NCBI GenBank assembly: GCA_963845085.1
Contig: CAWJQI010000004.1
Location: 320,001-384,000, forward strand
Length of the DNA: 64,000 nucleotides
DNA from: Candidatus Fermentibacterota bacterium
Lineage (GTDB): Bacteria; Fermentibacterota; Fermentibacteria; Fermentibacterales; JCC-6
Reading direction: 5' to 3'
A program made the translations under genes and the position numbers. The notes under the pieces were generated by a model, which made no database searches, was not told where the DNA came from, and worked only from the letters and a program-made list of their open reading frames with translations. Each line of letters begins with the position of its first letter. The stretch's first letter is position 1. Positions 57,808 through 64,000 of the stretch are shown here, one piece after another.

Positions 57808-59039
57808 GAATCCTCCCTGCCGGCCTGTTCTTCAACCGCAACCCATCTCCATGAGGGCTCATCCTGTTTATCCGATGATTCCGTACGAGGTTCCGCGACG
57901 GTCTCGACCGCCTTTTCAAGAACCAGCTCAAGCGCCTTCTCGTTGCGAAGCCGGTCAAGGGCGGCGGACATCGAACCACCCTTTGCGGCGGCGGCGAGTT
58001 CCTCCTGCGGAATCTCGATTCCCTCATGGATGGCGATCTGCCTGAGTATCAGGAATTCCCTTACCTTCCGCTCCGCCAGCTCTCTGAGCGTCTTTTCGGT
58101 TTCAGGTGTCGACTCCTCGTCCTCCAGCCGCTTCATGTAGTCCTTCGCAAGGTTCTCGACCATGAATGACGGGACCTGGAAAACGTTGGATGACAGAAGG
58201 CTGTCTATCGCGGACGACTCGATGAACGAACGCCGCTCGGCGCCGTGCTTCTCCGCGATGTTCTCGCGAAGCTTGTCGCGAAGCTGCTGCATGCTCTCAA
58301 AGCCCCCCGCCGACCTTGCGAACTCGTCGTTGAGCTCGGGACGCCTGGGCTCCCGCACTTCGAGAACCTTGAAGGTTGTGGGTGCAGGAAGCTCTTCGAT
58401 CCCCGGAAACTCCATCCTGGCCGTCAGCGAATCTCCGACGGACAGACCCGGGAGAAGCTCGTCAAAGCCGGGGCCCATGTTCTCGCGTCCGATGACGACC
58501 GCAGCCCGCCTGGATTCACCCGAATCGCGCGATGGGTATTCGAGCATCAGAAGGTCGCCGTCCTGGGCCGAACGCTCGACCGGCTCGAATGAGACGAAGC
58601 GGTCACGGATCTCTTCAAGGGCTTCCCCGAGGGCTTTTTCCTCGTCGAACCCCGGAACGGCGATCTGGATGCCGGTGTAACCTGCGGGTTCGGGGGTTTC
58701 AAAAAGGGTGTAGGTGACAGAGTATTCGTAGTCCCTGCCCTCTGCGGGGAGGATCGGTTTGAACTCGGGTTCGGTGTCGGACAGGACCCAGTCGTTCTCT
58801 TCGAAGAGCACGTCGGACATCTCGTGGTGCGCCTTCTCGGCGACCTCGGAAAGTATCAGGTTCCCGAACTTCTGGCGGAGGATGGAGGATGGTATCTTGC
58901 CTTTCCTGAAGCCCGGAACGGTGATGTCCTTCTGGATCTCACGCCTGACCTCGCGAAAGATCCTGTCCACCCCTTCGGCATCCATGTGAAAGAAGACAGT
59001 TTTCCTGCCGGACTCATCCGTTGTGATTTTGTACGCCAT
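57804..59039 (-). CDS. tig: trigger factor
   Basis: [10 protein letters not shown] motif, ELNDEFA; directly upstream of clpP. Confidence 0.9.
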   Translation of the reverse strand: MAYKITTDESGRKTVFFHMDAEGVDRIFREVRREIQKDITVPGFRKGKIPSSILRQKFGNLILSEVAEKAHHEMSDVLFEENDWVLSDTEPEFKPILPAEGRDYEYSVTYTLFETPEPAGYTGIQIAVPGFDEEKALGEALEEIRDRFVSFEPVERSAQDGDLLMLEYPSRDSGESRRAAVVIGRENMGPGFDELLPGLSVGDSLTARMEFPGIEELPAPTTFKVLEVREPRRPELNDEFARSAGGFESMQQLRDKLRENIAEKHGAERRSFIESSAIDSLLSSNVFQVPSFMVENLAKDYMKRLEDEESTPETEKTLRELAERKVREFLILRQIAIHEGIEIPQEELAAAAKGGSMSAALDRLRNEKALELVLEKAVETVAEPRTESSDKQDEPSWRWVAVEEQAGREDS

Positions 59040-59076
59040 TTGATTTCCACTCTTGGGTGTTGCGTTCAATGACCGC

Positions 59077-59102
59077 AGCTGCCCGGGCAAACCCGGGCAG
59101 CT
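59077..59102. other. perfect 11-bp inverted repeat in the tig 5' region
   Basis: AGCTGCCCGGG-CAAA-CCCGGGCAGCT. Confidence 0.6.
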
Positions 59103-59144
59103 CATGTTCAGACCGTAAAATATGTCAGATTCGGGCGACCGCCG

Positions 59145-59815
59145 CTACCTGCCGGTCCGCTGGCGGATCAGCTCGGCTTCATCGCTCCGGGGGTATTCCT
59201 CGAGAATCACCGCTTCAAGCCTGTCCCGCTCTGCGGAGGCGGTATGCAGGGCGTAGATGGCTGCCGCCCTCGAGAGCGCGGAGGCGGCCCTGTCTCCCGC
59301 CGGGTACATGTAGTAGACGGCGACAAGCTCCTCGATGGCCCTGTGCGGCTGGCCGAGCGCCTGGTTGCACAATGCGGCGTAGTAAAGCGCATCGTCGGCC
59401 AGCGAGCTTCCGGGGTGTTCCAGAAAGACCTGTCTGAAGCCTGCGGCCGCCAGGGCGTAGCTTCCCTGCTGGTACTGCCTGAAGGCATCATCGTATACAG
59501 GCTGTGCATCCCCCGCATCGCCCTGCTGCCCGACGCCTGGCTGGGAGGCCCTCGCCAGGAGCGTCTCGAGTTCCCTGACAAGCTCGGTCAGCTGTTCCGT
59601 CGTACCATCGGCGCGCATCCCGGACTGGGCCTGAATGCTCCTGAGAAGGTGCTGGTTGGCCTCGACAAGGGTTGCGATCGAGTCGACATCGGTCCTGAGT
59701 TCCTCCTGCGAAACAGAAAGCGTTTCGATCCGCCCGGAGCCTTGGACCATGTGGCAAGCCAGCACCCGCAGAACAACGGAACGAGAAAGGCCGCGTAGAG
59801 CGCCCCCTTCCTCAT
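59145..59815 (-). CDS. cpoB: Tol-Pal TPR protein CpoB/YbgF; frameshift at ~59734
   Basis: YDDAFRQYQQGSY..A...F..HP.S.LADDALYY; the lipoprotein-like N-terminus MRKGALYAAFLVPLFCGC is in a different frame and joins if one G is added to a G-run. Confidence 0.8.
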
Positions 59816-59820
59816 GGCGT

Positions 59821-60327
59821 TCACTCCGGAAGAACCCGCAGATGAACCCTGCGGTTCTGGGAGAAGGCGAATTCGTCAGTGCCGGTCACAAAGGGTCTTT
59901 CCTTGCCGTAGCTGACCGTTGAAAGCCTTGAGGCCGGAATGCCGTAGTTGACAAGGTAATCGTAGACGGACTGTGCCCTTCTCTCGCCGAGGGCGAGGTT
60001 GTAGTCAACGGTTCCGCGTTCGTCGCAATGGCCTTCGAGAAGGACCCTGAACCCTGTGTTGCTCATGAGGTAGCCGGCGTCGAACATGAGGGCTTCGAGG
60101 GCTGCGCTGCTGAGTTCATTCGAGTCGTACTCGAAGAACACATCGCGGACTGACTCCTGGTGGCGGGCAAGTGCGGCGTTGAGCACGGCAATGGGATCTT
60201 CCTCCCACACGCCGACCTCAAGGGTGTCGGTATCGATGACGTCTTCCTCGATGACCGTCGTCCTTCCGCAGCCCGCGGCCAGGATCGCGAGGATGGCAAC
60301 CGCAAAAAGCATTGCCTGTTTTTTCAT
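59821..60327 (-). CDS. pal: peptidoglycan-associated lipoprotein
   Basis: Lipobox AAGC; VFFEYDS, EGHCDERGT..YNLALGERRA, SYGKERP, NRR. Confidence 0.94.
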   Translation of the reverse strand: MKKQAMLFAVAILAILAAGCGRTTVIEEDVIDTDTLEVGVWEEDPIAVLNAALARHQESVRDVFFEYDSNELSSAALEALMFDAGYLMSNTGFRVLLEGHCDERGTVDYNLALGERRAQSVYDYLVNYGIPASRLSTVSYGKERPFVTGTDEFAFSQNRRVHLRVLPE

Positions 60328-60340
60328 GTTCCATTTCCTT

Positions 60341-61519
60341 TCACTGAAGCACCGGCGACCAGGCCGGGCAGTAGCTCTCTCCACCCGTGGAGAGGCGGTG
60401 AACCGTCAAACCGTTCAATTCCATGATGTAGATGCTGCGCACACCGTCCATGTCGCTCGAGAAGGCGAGATGGCGTCCTGTCGGGGACCAGACAGGGTCC
60501 TCGTTCATCGAACCGCGGGAAGTAACCTGCCTGATCTCCGTCCCGTCGGAGTTCATGACGAAGATGTGAAAACCGCTGCCCGAGCTGGCGCAGTACGCTA
60601 TCCTGTCGCCCTGCGGCGACCATGCCGGGCTGTCGCAGTAACCGTGGGAAAAACCCGCCCGCTCTGCGCTGCCACCCGATGAACTCATCCAGTAGAGCTG
60701 AGGGTAGCCGACCCTGTCGCTCGTGAAGATCAGTTGAAGACCGTTTGGGGAAAAGCTCGCCGAGGTCTCGATGCTCGACCTTGCCGTGAGGCGGACCGGG
60801 CTTCCCCCGGAAATGCTCTGGAGCCAGATATCGCTCGACCCCTCTTCCGACCGAGTATATGCGAGGCGGCTGCCGTCGGGGCTCCAGGCGGGCGCCGTGT
60901 TCACACCCCCGGAAATGATGCGGGATGCCGAGCCGGAGGCGAAGGAATAGGTGTAGATGTCACCCGTGCCGGCCCTGTAGGAAGTGAAGGCAATGCGGTC
61001 GCCCAGGGGGCTCCAGGCGGGTGTCGTGATAACCTGGGTGTCGCGCATGAGAGAGGTGGATGAACGGGGATCGATGGTTTTGACGACCAGCTTCCACTCC
61101 TCGGCGTTGCGTACGATGTAGGCTATGCGCGTCGAGGCTATGCCCTGTTCGCCAGTGAGGACGAAGACCAGGTCATCGGACAGGTTGTGCACCATGTCGT
61201 AAAGCGATGCGCCCTGGTATTCCTTGACAAGTACCCCCTCGCCGTCGGCCTCGGCCCGTGCCGAGATATTCCAGCTTCCATCCCTGCCCGAGACCCTGAC
61301 CGACAGCTTTGCGAATGCCTCGTTTTCGGGAGCGGTTATCAGAAGCCCCGAAAAGTCGATGTCGAACACAAGCTGATCATGGACTGTTGCGGCCTCGCTG
61401 CCGGAACCTTCGACGCGGATGCTCACGGGAAGGCACTGGGCGCCTATCGGGGTCATGGGAAGGAAATCGCCTGCCAGAAGGCAGACCGGCAACGCCAAAA
61501 CCAGGGATAAAAGTCTCAA
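60341..61519 (-). CDS. tolB: Tol-Pal beta-propeller protein
   Basis: LTGEQGIASTRIAY; PD40 repeats PAWSP.G..IAF. Confidence 0.9.
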   Translation of the reverse strand: MRLLSLVLALPVCLLAGDFLPMTPIGAQCLPVSIRVEGSGSEAATVHDQLVFDIDFSGLLITAPENEAFAKLSVRVSGRDGSWNISARAEADGEGVLVKEYQGASLYDMVHNLSDDLVFVLTGEQGIASTRIAYIVRNAEEWKLVVKTIDPRSSTSLMRDTQVITTPAWSPLGDRIAFTSYRAGTGDIYTYSFASGSASRIISGGVNTAPAWSPDGSRLAYTRSEEGSSDIWLQSISGGSPVRLTARSSIETSASFSPNGLQLIFTSDRVGYPQLYWMSSSGGSAERAGFSHGYCDSPAWSPQGDRIAYCASSGSGFHIFVMNSDGTEIRQVTSRGSMNEDPVWSPTGRHLAFSSDMDGVRSIYIMELNGLTVHRLSTGGESYCPAWSPVLQ

Positions 61520-61544
61520 AGGTTTCTCCCCTCAGGGTTCCGTT

Positions 61545-62291
61545 CTATTCGGGACCCAGAAACTCTATGCTCAATCTTACCGGAGTGGTCCGGCCCGGGG
61601 GCATGGGCGGAATGTTTGCCGTTTCAAGGGCGTTCTCCACTGCGCGGTCAAAAGCGGCGTTGCCGCTTCGGCGGACCACCTCGTACCTGTGCGTGCCGTC
61701 GGTGTTCACCGTGAAATGAATCTGGTATGTCTCGACGGGCTCCATCGATGTTACGAAATTCCTGCGGATCGCCGCGAACACCCTTCCCTCGTAGCTGGCG
61801 GGTCCGGGCGCCCCCGCACCTGCCTCGCCCGAACCACCGACCCCGATGAACCCGCCTGCGGCCTGGGATTCGGCCTGCTGCTGGGTCTCGGTGGGAGTAA
61901 CCTCGGAAGGCTCGACCTCCGAGGGCTGGACCTCGGCGGGCTGGACCTCTTCCTGAAGCTCTTCCTGAAGCTCTTCCTGGCTCTCTTCCGCCTCCACGGT
62001 CTCCTCGAAAACTTCGAGTATCTCGAGGGTTTCCTCGACCCTGACCTCTTCGACTGCAACCTGGGCGGTGGTGCCTTCGGCGCCGGGCGCCGGATCCAGC
62101 AGGATCATTTCAACAGAAACCATGGAGCCGCCCCCCGTAATCACGGGGGTGGAACCGGCATTCATCACAACCCCGAGCAGTATTACAAAGACCAGTATGC
62201 CTGCATGAAGGCCGAATGCCATCACCATGGACTGCCGGTCGATCGCAGGCGCCCTGCTGACAGGTCTGCGGAATGCTTCAGAGCTGTTCAC
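61545..62291 (-). CDS. TolA/TonB-like energy transducer
   Basis: TM helix with xxxxH motif (AFGLHAG), Glu-rich linker, C-terminal RSGNAAFDRAVENAL. Confidence 0.8.
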   Translation of the reverse strand: MNSSEAFRRPVSRAPAIDRQSMVMAFGLHAGILVFVILLGVVMNAGSTPVITGGGSMVSVEMILLDPAPGAEGTTAQVAVEEVRVEETLEILEVFEETVEAEESQEELQEELQEEVQPAEVQPSEVEPSEVTPTETQQQAESQAAGGFIGVGGSGEAGAGAPGPASYEGRVFAAIRRNFVTSMEPVETYQIHFTVNTDGTHRYEVVRRSGNAAFDRAVENALETANIPPMPPGRTTPVRLSIEFLGPE

Positions 62292-62691
62292 GCGCCGACT
62301 CCTGCACAAGACCGACATTCTCGTATCCGCCCCGTCGAAGCTCTGTGAGTGCAAGGGCCAGAACCGAGTATTTTGCCTCACCGTCCGCCCTGACATAGGC
62401 TTCCGTTCTGCCGGAGGCCACGGCTTCCTCGGCAAGCCCGGCGATGTCGGCGGGGGCGACCGGTTCTCCCGCAACAGTGATGTTCCCGAGCGAGTCGATC
62501 TCAACGAGAAGCGCGGTTCCGGGATCGAGCCGGTTGATTATGCGCCCGATGTCGGTGCTTGGAGGATGAACGTCCGCGCTTCGGTGGATCACCGGGGCAC
62601 TGAGCATGAAAATGACGAGCAGGACGAACGTTACATCAATGAGATTGGTGAGGTTGATGGACGAGAACTGCTTGTACCTGGGGCGTATCAT
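62278..62691 (-). CDS. tolR: TolR/ExbD family protein
   Basis: INLTNLIDVTFVLLVIFMLSAP, VRAD...Y. Confidence 0.88.
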   Translation of the reverse strand: MIRPRYKQFSSINLTNLIDVTFVLLVIFMLSAPVIHRSADVHPPSTDIGRIINRLDPGTALLVEIDSLGNITVAGEPVAPADIAGLAEEAVASGRTEAYVRADGEAKYSVLALALTELRRGGYENVGLVQESAREQL

Positions 62692-63356
62692 GTAATGCTG
62701 CCCCTTCTGCACACGTCGACGAGCTCGGAAAGGAACCTGTCGATCTCCCCCGCCAGGTCGTCGACCTTTCCAACGGAATAATTATGGAACACGTTGGCCG
62801 GGATCGCTGCCAGAAGCCCGGCAACCGTGGTTGTCAGGGCGGCGGCGATGCCCGATCCGACTGCGCTGATGTCGGCGGAGCCCATTTCACGCATGCCGAT
62901 GAAACTTGCCAGAACCCCCCAGACGGTTCCGAGAAGGCCGAGCAGCGGGCTGATGCTCGTGACCGTGGCAAGGAAACCGATGTTGCGGCTTCTCTGGGCA
63001 AGGTCCTCACTGGCTTCCCGCTCAAGAGCGCCGTGAAGGATCGTCACTTCTTCCGCGGTCAGCGGCCCGGTAAGGCCAAGGTCGATCCTGCGGCGGAGGA
63101 AACGGCCGGCTTCCGTGTACATCCTGGCCAGCGGACCCATGTCCGAGCTGTTCTTGAGGAAATCGCCGCTGGGGGGACGGCCCGTCGTTCTGAGGGCTTC
63201 CATGAACATTCTGGAGGCCCCGCTTATCCTCGAAAGCTCCCGAAGCTTGGAGATTGCGACGGTCCAGGCGCCCAGTGAAAGCACGAGGATGAGCAGGAGA
63301 ATGAACTTGGTGAATCCGTCGGAGGCTGTCACCGTTGACCAGACAAGTCCCAGCAT
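62688..63356 (-). CDS. tolQ: TolQ/ExbB proton channel protein
   Basis: LATVTSISPLLGLLGTVWG, GIAAAL.TTVAGL.AAIPA. Confidence 0.9.
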   Translation of the reverse strand: MLGLVWSTVTASDGFTKFILLLILVLSLGAWTVAISKLRELSRISGASRMFMEALRTTGRPPSGDFLKNSSDMGPLARMYTEAGRFLRRRIDLGLTGPLTAEEVTILHGALEREASEDLAQRSRNIGFLATVTSISPLLGLLGTVWGVLASFIGMREMGSADISAVGSGIAAALTTTVAGLLAAIPANVFHNYSVGKVDDLAGEIDRFLSELVDVCRRGSIT

Positions 63357-63357
63357 G

Positions 63358-63744
63358 TCAGTCCCTTCCGGAAAGGGCGATGGCCTCTATTTCCACAAGA
63401 CCGCCGAGAGGCAGCCCGGCTGCCTGATATGCGGCACGGGCAGGGAACGGCTCGTTGAAATACCTGGCATATATGGCGTTGACCCTCGAAAAATCCTTCA
63501 TGTCGGCGAGCAGCACCGTCGTTTTCACCACCCGGTCGAGTGATGATCCGCCGGCTTCGAGCACTGCCCGGAGATTTCCGAGCGCAAGCTCGGCCTGGGC
63601 TTCCACCGAAGGCGGCATCACGCCCGTAGCGGGATCAATCCCGAGCTGACCGCTTGCGAACACAAACCCAGCCGCAAGAACGGCCTGGCTGTATGGACCC
63701 ACCGGCGCAGGCGCGTCGCTGGAACGGACCTGTGTTTTAGTCAT
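63358..63744 (-). CDS. ridA: RidA family reactive-intermediate deaminase
   Basis: APAPVGPYSQA, SGQLG, VVKTTV.L, FPAR, LP....VEIE. Confidence 0.92.
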   Translation of the reverse strand: MTKTQVRSSDAPAPVGPYSQAVLAAGFVFASGQLGIDPATGVMPPSVEAQAELALGNLRAVLEAGGSSLDRVVKTTVLLADMKDFSRVNAIYARYFNEPFPARAAYQAAGLPLGGLVEIEAIALSGRD

Positions 63745-63850
63745 TACGACCTCCTTGCATTACTGGGCAATATACAACGAAAAATGGCATCATGTTCCAT
63801 CTCAACGGCTTTGTCATACAGGGCAGGGATTTGTGGCCCGGGTTCGGGGA

Positions 63851-64000
63851 TCAGGTGTCCATCACCCGGCGAATCACACCGGACAGTTCGGACAGAGTGT
63901 ACGGTTTGCCCAGCACTCCGCTGAACCCGAAATCGCGGTAACGGGCCATGATGCTGTTTCCCGCGTATCCGCTTGAAACAATGACCCTCGCACCGGGATC
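63851..64000 (-). CDS. C-terminal receiver domain of a hybrid sensor kinase/response regulator (partial)
   Basis: Manual translation DPGARVIVSSGYAGNSIMARYRDFGFSGVLGKPYTLSELSGVIRRVMDT*. Confidence 0.8.
   Translation of the reverse strand, partial: DPGARVIVSSGYAGNSIMARYRDFGFSGVLGKPYTLSELSGVIRRVMDT

Noticed and set aside
59040..59145. tRNA upstream of tig (a common location)
   Set aside because: The region is short and shows no cloverleaf, T-loop or CCA signature.
61900..61990. Short tandem repeats (CTCTTCCTGAAG and 15-bp units)
   Set aside because: In-frame repeats encoding the ELQE/EVQPS linker of the TolA-like protein; not CRISPR or mobile DNA.

Overview
GC-rich, gene-dense chromosomal window from a diderm anaerobe. 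Affiliation with an FCB-type candidate lineage such as Fermentibacterota is inferred from gene content only. It holds about 58 CDS, mostly on the minus strand; I saw no rRNA, tRNA, CRISPR array or mobile element. Contents: ppdK (partial); two PorU/C25-like peptidase paralogs flanking cobB; a lolC/E-transglutaminase-aspartic protease operon; thiL-mtnP divergent from rlmN; several secreted proteins with FlgD/T9SS-type C-terminal domains; pckA; a B12-radical SAM gene; a multidomain OmpA; korDABC preceded by a COG2403 (arginine synthetase ArcE-like) gene with a structured leader; the long tig-clpPX-engB-purA-tatD-rsmA...gmhA run; and ridA-tolQRAB-pal-cpoB. The best candidate for an undescribed system is a tightly coupled 8-gene operon (34254-44393): ABC binding protein, OB-fold secreted protein, two PorV/FadL-like barrels, ComEA-HhH outer-membrane protein, 5'-nucleotidase, FAD oxidoreductase and a DUF2085-like protein. 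It looks like an extracellular nucleic-acid capture/salvage module. Seven single-base frameshifts in five genes (including clpP) suggest residual assembly indels.
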